DNA of 64,000 nucleotides from a virus, in IMG/VR virus record IMGVR_UViG_3300008255_000115, positions 1 to 64,000 of that record. One strand, written 5' to 3'. The position numbers were made by a program, and so were the translations under genes. The number at the start of each line of letters is the position of its first letter. Positions within the stretch are counted from its first letter, which is position 1. The notes under the pieces were generated by a model. That model saw nothing but the letters and a program-made list of their open reading frames with translations, did not search any database and was not told where the DNA came from. Shown here piece by piece: positions 1-8,447 of the stretch.

Positions 1-1
1 A

Positions 2-277
2 GGTGGTCAGAATATTACAATGAAGAATGATAACGTAGCTTATGCCAACACATTCGGGTTTTCAATACCAACATTTGGGGGACCATTTGACTTATTGTTA
101 CAACCAGCAATTATTTCAGCAGATAGAACACAAGTTTTCCAAAATGCAGATGGAATAATAGCTTTAGTAGAAACTACACTTCCTAATACAGGAACTGTAA
201 CTGTAGAGGCATTGGCAAGTACAAGAACATGGGAAGTAACTATTAATGGTGTAACTAGAAAAATATTACTAGCATAA
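2..277 (+). CDS. 3' end of a gene entering from upstream; possible tail/fibre protein C-terminus
   Basis: Frame is open from position 2 (GGQNITMKND...), so the ATG at 20 is probably internal; beta-rich, ends TRTWEVTINGVTRKILLA. Confidence 0.55.
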   Translation, partial: GGQNITMKNDNVAYANTFGFSIPTFGGPFDLLLQPAIISADRTQVFQNADGIIALVETTLPNTGTVTVEALASTRTWEVTINGVTRKILLA

Positions 278-298
278 ATATAATTTAAAAACCAACAA

Positions 299-586
299 AT
301 GAAAACTTTAACCAACAGAAAAACAAGTATTAAAATATCTCAGGATAAAACATTAGATACTACAGATCTTATAAAGTATGCTTTAAATTTTGTACCAAAA
401 AACGGATTTACAAGAGAAGATCTAAAAATTAGAGATAGAATAGAAAACTACTTAAAAGAAGGAATTAAAAAAATAGAATTAGAAGACAGTGATGCTTTAA
501 AATTAAAGTCAATTGTTGCTGATTTAGTTTGGACTTTTAGGCATCCTGAATTATCTCAGTTCTTAGAAGATGTAGAAAACTTATAA
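299..586 (+). CDS. hypothetical protein, 95 aa
   Basis: Clean ORF with AAACCAACAA leader and normal codon usage. Confidence 0.7.
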   Translation: MKTLTNRKTSIKISQDKTLDTTDLIKYALNFVPKNGFTREDLKIRDRIENYLKEGIKKIELEDSDALKLKSIVADLVWTFRHPELSQFLEDVENL

Positions 587-595
587 ATATAAACT

Positions 596-1870
596 ATGGC
601 ACGATTAAATGAACTATTAAAAAAAAATATATATTTAGATATATTTATTGATCTGATATCTTATCTACAAAATTCAAGAATATCACCTCATGAGAAAATG
701 GCAGCTGCACATTTACTAAGACTTAGAAGTTTATATTGGGGCACTGATATTCCTGTAATATCTACAGCTAGAAGTGGGGGAAATATACCTGCCCAATGTC
801 CTGCTTGTTATGCTAAAACTATTAAAATGGGAGCAGCTTCAGATAATTCTTATGAACCCTATACTTCCTTTATAGAAAACTTCAGACATAAATTAAACTC
901 TATGGACATGAAAGTATCTAATGGTTGGGTATATTGGATGCAGATAGTAGATTCCTTTTATAGTATAATAGACTTTCTAAATTATTTTATTTATGAGTTT
1001 AAAGAAGGAATTCATGCTGATCTATATTTGAATGATGTATTGGGTATATCTTCTAGAGAAGGAAGTTATAAACATGGTTTAGCAATTGAATTGCAAGTAG
1101 AAGGTACAGTAGAAAATAAAGAATTAATAACTATAGACTTTACTAATGTTTTAACAACTGACTTAGCTGATAAATATTTTGTATTATATAAAGAGTCTAT
1201 ACCTTATATATTTTGGTTTGATAATGGGGGTGTTGCTCCTGAACTTGGATTAACTAATTCTATAACAACACCTATTCCAATTGCAGGTTTAATAACAATT
1301 ACTGAAATCAAAGATGTAACAATAAATACTATTGCAAGCATTACTACGGATCTAGGAAGTATAATATGGAATATAATACTACCGTCAGAATCTGTATCTG
1401 ATTTATTTGTAGCTTTAATGAATGATTCAGCAACAGTTAATCAACCATTAGTACCTGGTACAGCAAGTATAGGAATATCAGAAGCAGAAACAAAAATATT
1501 TGGTCATGATGGTTCTATATTATCAGATGGAAATATAACTACAGAAGATTATATTGAAACCTGGAATAATATAAAAGTACCTTTTGATAGAACTGCTGGT
1601 GTAGATACACCTTACTTAAAACGTGTAGGTGGTATAAATACTGGAGGTTGTTGTTGGACTATATGTTGGGAACCTTCTGTAGGAGGTAATGCTCAATGTT
1701 GTAGAGCCTCTGCTTGTTCATCTAGTAAATATACAGGTTTAATAATGACCACTAGTGTTACTTCAAATTTACCTGAACTTAATTTTAATACCCCAAGTAA
1801 TGTACATAATCTTTCAAGTAAACCTGGGGGGGATGGAATTTTAAAACAGTGCCCCGCATGTGCATGGTAA
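596..1870 (+). CDS. hypothetical Cys-motif protein with two GG-x4/5-QCPAC motifs
   Basis: 424-aa ORF followed by an intrinsic terminator; QCPAC near residue 68 and at the extreme C-terminus. Confidence 0.7.
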   Translation: MARLNELLKKNIYLDIFIDLISYLQNSRISPHEKMAAAHLLRLRSLYWGTDIPVISTARSGGNIPAQCPACYAKTIKMGAASDNSYEPYTSFIENFRHKLNSMDMKVSNGWVYWMQIVDSFYSIIDFLNYFIYEFKEGIHADLYLNDVLGISSREGSYKHGLAIELQVEGTVENKELITIDFTNVLTTDLADKYFVLYKESIPYIFWFDNGGVAPELGLTNSITTPIPIAGLITITEIKDVTINTIASITTDLGSIIWNIILPSESVSDLFVALMNDSATVNQPLVPGTASIGISEAETKIFGHDGSILSDGNITTEDYIETWNNIKVPFDRTAGVDTPYLKRVGGINTGGCCWTICWEPSVGGNAQCCRASACSSSKYTGLIMTTSVTSNLPELNFNTPSNVHNLSSKPGGDGILKQCPACAW

Positions 1871-1895
1871 TTATTTTATAGTAATTATTAAACTT

Positions 1896-1929
1896 AAACC
1901 CTACTTCTTAGTAGGGTTTTTTGTTTTTT
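1896..1929 (+). terminator. Rho-independent terminator
   Basis: AAACCCTACT-tctt-AGTAGGGTTT perfect stem followed by a T tract. Confidence 0.9.
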
Positions 1930-1971
1930 AAGTTTAAAACTTCAGAAGTTTAAACTTTTTTAGTATATTTG
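1930..1971 (+). promoter_or_regulatory. promoter with palindromic operator-like element and Bacteroidota -7 box
   Basis: Near-perfect palindrome AAGTTTAAAACTTC-A-GAAGTTTAAACTT (1930-1957), then TTTAGTATATTTG; TATATTTG matches TAnnTTTG. Confidence 0.65.
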
Positions 1972-1997
1972 TACATTATTTACTAAACCAATTAAAT

Positions 1998-2264
1998 ATG
2001 ACAACAGATCAACAACCAACTGAAGAAGAATTACAATCAAGAAAAAAAGAACTAATTCAGTTCTATAAAGAACAACTTCCATTATTAAAATTACAAACTG
2101 AGTATGAAGAGTATCTTACAAAGATTGATGTTGCTAAAATGACAAGGCTTGAGATAATGATGGTAAAAGCTCAAATGATGAAACCACCCACTACAAGTGG
2201 AGAAGAAGTTTCTCAACCAGATCAAGAAGAACATAATATTCCACAAAAACCTACAAAAGAATGA
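1998..2264 (+). CDS. hypothetical helical protein, 88 aa
   Basis: First ORF after the promoter; AAACCAA leader; ATGA overlap with next gene. Confidence 0.75.
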   Translation: MTTDQQPTEEELQSRKKELIQFYKEQLPLLKLQTEYEEYLTKIDVAKMTRLEIMMVKAQMMKPPTTSGEEVSQPDQEEHNIPQKPTKE

Positions 2265-2740
2265 GACTTACAGTAAAGAGATTTGCAGATAATAGTCATA
2301 CAACTTTAGGTTTACTTTTTATAAATGACATTTTTCAATGTTTTACTGTAGAGGATACAGAAAGAACTATAAAAATACAGAATAAAACAAGAATACCAAA
2401 TGGTGTTTATAAAATAGCTTTGCGTAAAGAAGGTGAATTTCATGCTAAATATTTAACAAAGTATGGAAGTATGCATAAAGGTATGCTTTGTATATTTAAT
2501 AAGGCTAACTGGAAACTTGAAAATCAAGGTATGTCCTTTCAGTATATCTTAATTCATACAGGTAATACACATGATCATACTGCTGGATGTTTACTTGTAA
2601 ATGATGCTATAAGTAATGCTACATTTACAGGAAGTTCAAGCGTAGATGCTTATAAAGAACTATATCCTATTGTTGCTGAAGCAATTGAAAGAGGGGAAGA
2701 AGTAACCATAGAATATATTGATATAGAAACAGGTAAATAA
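2261..2740 (+). CDS. DUF5675-family L,D-transpeptidase-like protein (putative endolysin)
   Basis: T-x-G-x-L...CFTVED...RIP-x-G-x-Y and ILIHTGN...TAGCLLV (YkuD-like His/Cys catalytic motif). Confidence 0.8.
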   Translation: MRLTVKRFADNSHTTLGLLFINDIFQCFTVEDTERTIKIQNKTRIPNGVYKIALRKEGEFHAKYLTKYGSMHKGMLCIFNKANWKLENQGMSFQYILIHTGNTHDHTAGCLLVNDAISNATFTGSSSVDAYKELYPIVAEAIERGEEVTIEYIDIETGK

Positions 2741-2746
2741 TATATT

Positions 2747-3163
2747 ATGGGTACTATAGTAAATCAAGTAAAAAAAATTGGACATATGAATTTATGGGAT
2801 ATAGTAAAATTCCAAGTAAATCTTCATTGTCATCTTAATAATATTACTATTTCTGACTCTGATTTAGAATGTCTTACTTTACTTGCTATTAATGGAGAAA
2901 GTGAACTTACTTCATTTTGTAATGCAGCCTGTGAAACTGATGAAAGAATTAGAGAGCATAACTTGATGTGGGAACGTGAAATATTTAAAACTCCTCAGTC
3001 TGTTAGAAATTCTATTAATAAAATAGAAAATATTGGATTAATCACTAAGAGAGGTAAGAGTAAAAAAAAAATATCTGTTAATCCTATTATGAATATCCAA
3101 TCAATAGGTAACATTTTTGTAGAAGTTAAACTATTAAGAAAAGATGAATCCGAAGAAGCCTAA
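2747..3163 (+). CDS. winged-helix DNA-binding protein
   Basis: TPQSVRNSINKIENIGLITK followed by a beta-wing (KKISVNP). Confidence 0.55.
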   Translation: MGTIVNQVKKIGHMNLWDIVKFQVNLHCHLNNITISDSDLECLTLLAINGESELTSFCNAACETDERIREHNLMWEREIFKTPQSVRNSINKIENIGLITKRGKSKKKISVNPIMNIQSIGNIFVEVKLLRKDESEEA

Positions 3164-3569
3164 AGATTTTATTAAACCAACAGCAGAAGATTTAGGTCAG
3201 TCAGAACAATTAGTTGATGATGTAGTAGGATTTTATTGGGCAGCAGTAAGGAAGGGACTCTCTGAACTTGAGAGCCCTTCTGTTGTTGTTATTAATTTAG
3301 GGACTTTTAAAATAAGACATAACAAAATTGAAAAAGCAGAAAAAAGATATAAGAACTATATAAATAAACTAGAAGTTGAAAAAATGACTTTTAATAAACA
3401 CACTCTTCTAAACATTTCTAAGTCTAAACTTGAAAAACTTGAAAATATTAAAAATGAAATGAATAGTGAATTTGAAAGAAAAAAAGAAGTACAAACCAAA
3501 AGAAAAGAATATGTCAACAATAAAACTCTGGAAAAACAAAGGAAAGATTTTAGAAGGTCTGAAGAATAA
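3144..3569 (+). CDS. HU/IHF-like DNA-binding protein
   Basis: KDFIKPTAEDLGQSEQLVDDVV...VVVINLGTFKIR fits the HU/IHF helix-helix-beta pattern; IHF-like genes occur in crAss-like structural modules. Confidence 0.7.
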   Translation: MNPKKPKDFIKPTAEDLGQSEQLVDDVVGFYWAAVRKGLSELESPSVVVINLGTFKIRHNKIEKAEKRYKNYINKLEVEKMTFNKHTLLNISKSKLEKLENIKNEMNSEFERKKEVQTKRKEYVNNKTLEKQRKDFRRSEE

Positions 3570-3816
3570 AATATTCAAGAATAAACATGTAGAAGAAATC
3601 TTTCAAGAAAGATTGACTATATGTAATAAGTGTCCTAATTTAGATTTAAAAGGAGATAAGTGTTATGTACCTGGTACACAACCTTGTTGTAGTATATGTG
3701 GATGTAGTATTGAGTTATTACTAAGATCTTTATCATCAGAATGTGAAGCTGGAAATTGGGAAGCAATATTAACTGAAGAAGAAGAAGAAAAATTAAATAA
3801 ACAATTAAAAAAATGA
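3511..3816 (+). CDS. small Zn-finger protein
   Basis: CNKC...CCSICGC...EC-x3-W; start at 3511 preferred over 3466 because AAACCAA lies at 3493-3499. Confidence 0.65.
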   Translation: MSTIKLWKNKGKILEGLKNKIFKNKHVEEIFQERLTICNKCPNLDLKGDKCYVPGTQPCCSICGCSIELLLRSLSSECEAGNWEAILTEEEEEKLNKQLKK

Positions 3817-4631
3817 GCATAGTATTTAGAGAAGAAGGTCATGCTTATGAAAGCTTAGATCCAAATGAAGCAATACAATGGACTAGTGTTACTAGTTTAG
3901 TAGGTTTATTTAAACCAAAATTTGATACATATGATGTTTCTCAAAAATGTTCTAAGAATAAAAAGTCTAAATGGTATGGTATTGAAGCACCAGTTATTAG
4001 AGATATATGGGCTTCTGAAACAGCAAGAGCTGTAAAGCTTGGAACATTTTATCATAATCAAAGAGAATCTGATTTATTATCACATGATACTCTAACTAAG
4101 GAAGGAGTAGATCTTCCTATTATACAAATAAAAATACAAGATGGTGTAAAGTATGCACCATCTCAAAAATTAATATCTGGAATATATCCAGAACATATGG
4201 TTTATTTAAAATCTGCAGAAATATGCGGTCAAGCAGATTATGTAGAAGTTCTAAATGGAACAGTAAATATAATGGATTATAAAACTAATAAAGAAATAAA
4301 ACAAACAAGTTTTGAAAATTGGGAAGGTATTAAGTCTATGATGAATCAACCATTAGGACATATAGAAGACTGTAATTTAATGCATTATACTTTACAAATG
4401 AGTATATACATGTATATAATCCTAAAACATAATCCAAGATTAAAACCAGGTAAAATGGTTTTACAACATGTTGTGTTTGAAAGAGAAGGATTAGATCAGT
4501 TTGGTTATCCAATTATTAAGTATTCTGATAATGGAGATCCTGTAATTAAAGATATAATATCTTATACTGTACCATATCTTAAGGAAGAAGTATTAACAAT
4601 GATAAACTGGTTAAAAGATAATAAACAATGA
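3813..4631 (+). CDS. PD-(D/E)XK (RecB/Cas4-like) nuclease
   Basis: GTFYH, ICGQAD, IMDYKT and YTLQMSIY motifs. Confidence 0.8.
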   Translation: MSIVFREEGHAYESLDPNEAIQWTSVTSLVGLFKPKFDTYDVSQKCSKNKKSKWYGIEAPVIRDIWASETARAVKLGTFYHNQRESDLLSHDTLTKEGVDLPIIQIKIQDGVKYAPSQKLISGIYPEHMVYLKSAEICGQADYVEVLNGTVNIMDYKTNKEIKQTSFENWEGIKSMMNQPLGHIEDCNLMHYTLQMSIYMYIILKHNPRLKPGKMVLQHVVFEREGLDQFGYPIIKYSDNGDPVIKDIISYTVPYLKEEVLTMINWLKDNKQ

Positions 4632-5149
4632 TAGCAAAACTATTTGACATACAGAATTTTAAAATTATACCTACTGTGCATTGTTATACAATATCATGGC
4701 TTAAAGATATAATGGATGAATATAAGAAGGATGATGAATATTTAAAAGTATATCAGTATTTATTTTATATGACTTATCCTAGTCCTGATGATAATCCTTA
4801 TTTTCATTTCAAACTATCAGAAAAAGAGGAACAAATATTGGATGATATAGAAGCTAACTTTTCCACAGAAGAACCATTAATTCTATTAGCATTGGATAAT
4901 CTCAAGAAGATGTATGAAACACCTACATCAAGAGCATATGATGGTATAGCAGGAATGCTAGATAAATTAGCCAAGTATATGAAGACTACTGATATTACAG
5001 ATGGTAGAGATGGCAATATAACAGGAATAGTACAAGCAGCTAAAAACTTTGAAGCAGTAAGGGCTTCTTTTAAAGGAGCTTATAAAGACCTTAAAGAAGA
5101 ACAGGAATCTAGAGTTCGTGGAGATAAGGGTTTAGCATATGATCAATAA
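4628..5149 (+). CDS. conserved hypothetical protein, candidate terminase small subunit
   Basis: Helical 173-aa protein ending 2 nt before terL; function inferred from position only. Confidence 0.45.
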   Translation: MIAKLFDIQNFKIIPTVHCYTISWLKDIMDEYKKDDEYLKVYQYLFYMTYPSPDDNPYFHFKLSEKEEQILDDIEANFSTEEPLILLALDNLKKMYETPTSRAYDGIAGMLDKLAKYMKTTDITDGRDGNITGIVQAAKNFEAVRASFKGAYKDLKEEQESRVRGDKGLAYDQ

Positions 5150-5151
5150 TT

Positions 5152-8100
5152 ATGTATAGAGAAAGAGATTACCCTATATCAATTCCAACATGGGAAGCAG
5201 GTGAATGGATTGAAGATACTATCTTTGAAACACAAGTACAATTTATAGAATATCTAAAAAACTTATTTAAAGAACCTGGAAAGTATGAATTTGATGAATC
5301 AGTAGTTCATTGGCAGGATCAATCAATGAATTATAATAAAATTGGTTATTACTGTCAACATCCTACAGGAACAAGAGACTTCATACAATATTGGAATGAT
5401 CAAAAAAATAAATCTAGAATAGGAGTTATATATAAATCTGGATCTAGGCAATGGTACTTAACAAGAGATTATTATTTTTGGTTAAACTTTCTACCTATAT
5501 TTGATAAAGAAAAAAATGAATATGATTTTCCACTTATATGGGATATTCAATATCACATGGCTCTTTATGAGTTATTAGCTGAATTAAATAATAAACATAG
5601 TGTTATACTAAAGAAGAGGCAAATTGCCAGTAGTTACTTTCATTGTGCTAAATTAACCAATTATTATTGGTTTGAAGAAGGAGCTAAACTTAAAATGGGA
5701 GCATCTCTTAAAGATTATATAAATCTTAAAGGATCTTGGAAAATGCTTAATGAATATTCTGATTTTCTTAATGAACATACAGCATGGATAAGACCTCATA
5801 ACCCAGGTAAAGTAGGAGATTGGGAACAAAAAATACAAAAAACAATAGGAGGTAGAGATATAACAGTAGGACTCAAATCAACAATGTCTTCTTATACTTT
5901 TGAAAAAGATGCTACATCAGGCGTAGGTGGGCCCTGTAGATATTTCTTTCATGAAGAAGCTGGTGTGGCACCTAAGATGGATGAGACATATGAATTTATG
6001 CGTCCTGCCTTACATTCAGGTATGATTACTACAGGAATGTTTATTGCAGCAGGTTCTGTTGGTGATTTAGATCAATGTGAACCTTTGAAAGAATTTATGC
6101 TTCATCCTGAAGAAAATGATTTTTTTGCTGTAGAATCAAACTTAATAGATGAAGAAGGTACATGGGGTAAGCATGGATTGTTCTTACCTGAACAATGGTC
6201 AATGCCACCATATATTGATGAGTTTGGAAATTCTATGGTTGAAGAAGCTTTAAAAGCAATTCATGAGCAAAGACTAAAATGGAAGAAAGATTTAGATCCT
6301 GGTAAGTATCAATTAAGAATTTCACAAAAACCCACAAATATAAGGGAAGCTTTTGCATATAGAAATGAAAGTAAATTTCCATTACACTTACTTACTAATC
6401 AACAAAGAAGAATTGAAGATAAACAATATCACGAAGAGCATATAAATTTGAAAAGAGGTACTGATGGTAAAAGTATTATAGTAACTAAGTCTAATAAAAC
6501 ACCAATTAGAGAATTTCCTATTAGGAAAAGTGAGACAGACAAAGAAGGAGTTATTGTTGTATGGGAAAGACCTGTAGTTAATCCTGAATTTGGAATGTAC
6601 TATGGATCTATAGATCCAGTAGCTGAAGGAAAAGCAGAATATATTGAAAATAATATTTATACACCAAAGGGTAAAGTAAAAATAAAAGATTTAAAAGTAG
6701 GAGATAAAGTAATAGGTTCTAATGGTAAACCTACATTAATAACTGGCATTTTTCCTCAAGGAAAAAAAGAATTATATAGAGTAACATTTAATGATGGTTT
6801 TAGTATTTTAGTATGCAAAGAACATTTATGGTCAGTAAGAGCCTCAGATAATGATAAAAAAGATAATCATGTATTATCTGTTGGGGATATGCTTGATGAA
6901 AATAAATTAATTAAAAGTCATGGTATAAATAGAAATTCTACAAAAGAATATACTACAAAAACTTTTTATAAAAAAGGTAATAATCAAAACAGATGGAAAA
7001 TACCAATTGTTAAACCTATTCATTTTAAAAAAACAAGTTTACCTATTGACTCTTATTTACTAGGATTATTATTAGGAGATGGGGGATTGTCAGGAAGATC
7101 TATAGTTTTTAGTACAGCGGATAAGGAATTATTAAGATATATAAGAAATATATTACCTGAAACTATTAATATAAAGTATATTGGTCAATATGATTATAGA
7201 TTAAGTAGTACACTATCTAGAAATACATTAACTCAAAAATTAAGAAAACTGAATTTAGTAGGTAAAAAATCAGGAACTAAATTTATTCCTGATATATATT
7301 TAAAAGGAACAATAGAAGATAGATTAAAGCTTATTCAAGGCTTGATGGATACAGATGGTTATTGTGGAAATAATGGTGCAGAATACTATAGTATATCAAA
7401 AGACTTAGCTTATGGGATGGTGGAATTATGTCATTCATTAGGAGGATTAGCAAAAATCAGAAAAAAAATTACAAACAGAAAAAAAAGAAATGGAGTAGGT
7501 TATGTTTATGTAGTAAGAGTTATTTTACCTCCACAATTTATTCCATTCAAATTAAAAAGAAAAGCTGATATTTATAAACCTACAAAAAACTTTACAAGAT
7601 ATATATCTAATATAGAATTTGAAAAAATAGATGAGGCTATTTGCATTTCTGTAGAAGCTGAAGATAATTTATATGTTACAGAAAATGCAATTGTCACACA
7701 TAATACAACCACTTCAGATTCTTTATGTTCAATTTATATTTATAAAAATACAGTAGAGATTTCTAAACCTGATGAAAATGGTAATATGAAAACCCATGTA
7801 GAAGGTGGTAAAATAGTAGCAACATGGTGTGGAAGATTTGATGATATTAATCTTACACATGAAAGACTAGAGTTACTAATAGAATGGTATAATGCATGGA
7901 CAGTAGTAGAAAATAATATTTCTTTATTTATACAACATATGATTGCTCAAAGGAAACAAAAATATTTGGTTCCAAAAGATCAGATATTATTCTTAAAAAA
8001 TGTTGGTGCTAATAAAGCAGTATATCAAGATTATGGATGGAGAAATACTGGTACTCTATTTAAGAACCACATGATATCTTATGCAATTGAATTTCTGAAA

Positions 8101-8436
8101 GAAAAAATGGACATACAATATAATGATAATGGGGAACTACTAGGTATAGTATATGGAGTAGAAAGAATACCTGATATAATGCTTCTTAAAGAAATGTCTG
8201 AATATAGAGATGGTCTAAATGTGGATAGACTGGTTGCCTTTGCAGCATTAGTTGCTTTTGTAAGAATACAGGAATCTAACAAAGGATATAAGCGTGTAGT
8301 GGAATATGAAGATACTAAAAGCTTGGAAAAGTCCAAAAAAATGTTTAAATTAAGTAAGAGTCCCTTCACTAATATTGGAACAACTAAAAAAGGTTTTGGT
8401 AAAAGAAGTAGAAGTGGTTTTAAAAATATACACTAA
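5152..8436 (+). CDS. terL: terminase large subunit (intein-containing; about 737 aa after splicing)
   Basis: Walker A-like LKKRQIASS, Walker B YFFHEEAG, RNase H nuclease YYGSIDP; directly upstream of the portal gene. Confidence 0.92.
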   Translation: MYRERDYPISIPTWEAGEWIEDTIFETQVQFIEYLKNLFKEPGKYEFDESVVHWQDQSMNYNKIGYYCQHPTGTRDFIQYWNDQKNKSRIGVIYKSGSRQWYLTRDYYFWLNFLPIFDKEKNEYDFPLIWDIQYHMALYELLAELNNKHSVILKKRQIASSYFHCAKLTNYYWFEEGAKLKMGASLKDYINLKGSWKMLNEYSDFLNEHTAWIRPHNPGKVGDWEQKIQKTIGGRDITVGLKSTMSSYTFEKDATSGVGGPCRYFFHEEAGVAPKMDETYEFMRPALHSGMITTGMFIAAGSVGDLDQCEPLKEFMLHPEENDFFAVESNLIDEEGTWGKHGLFLPEQWSMPPYIDEFGNSMVEEALKAIHEQRLKWKKDLDPGKYQLRISQKPTNIREAFAYRNESKFPLHLLTNQQRRIEDKQYHEEHINLKRGTDGKSIIVTKSNKTPIREFPIRKSETDKEGVIVVWERPVVNPEFGMYYGSIDPVAEGKAEYIENNIYTPKGKVKIKDLKVGDKVIGSNGKPTLITGIFPQGKKELYRVTFNDGFSILVCKEHLWSVRASDNDKKDNHVLSVGDMLDENKLIKSHGINRNSTKEYTTKTFYKKGNNQNRWKIPIVKPIHFKKTSLPIDSYLLGLLLGDGGLSGRSIVFSTADKELLRYIRNILPETINIKYIGQYDYRLSSTLSRNTLTQKLRKLNLVGKKSGTKFIPDIYLKGTIEDRLKLIQGLMDTDGYCGNNGAEYYSISKDLAYGMVELCHSLGGLAKIRKKITNRKKRNGVGYVYVVRVILPPQFIPFKLKRKADIYKPTKNFTRYISNIEFEKIDEAICISVEAEDNLYVTENAIVTHNTTTSDSLCSIYIYKNTVEISKPDENGNMKTHVEGGKIVATWCGRFDDINLTHERLELLIEWYNAWTVVENNISLFIQHMIAQRKQKYLVPKDQILFLKNVGANKAVYQDYGWRNTGTLFKNHMISYAIEFLKEKMDIQYNDNGELLGIVYGVERIPDIMLLKEMSEYRDGLNVDRLVAFAALVAFVRIQESNKGYKRVVEYEDTKSLEKSKKMFKLSKSPFTNIGTTKKGFGKRSRSGFKNIH
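6634..7704 (+). mobile_element. class-3 (Ala1, WCT) intein with LAGLIDADG homing endonuclease, 357 aa
   Basis: GK|AEYIENNIYTPKG...CKEHLW...LLGLLLGDG...IQGLMDTDG...AICISV...IVTHN|T. Confidence 0.9.
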
Positions 8437-8447
8437 GCTAAAGTAAT

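Noticed and set aside
3466-3510. Start of the Zn-finger ORF at 3466
   Set aside because: It lengthens the overlap with the upstream gene; ATG 3511 has the AAACCAA leader
3813-4631. Cas4 or a CRISPR system
   Set aside because: No Cas4-type four-Cys Fe-S motif, no other cas genes and no repeat-spacer array; it is an ordinary phage PD-(D/E)XK nuclease
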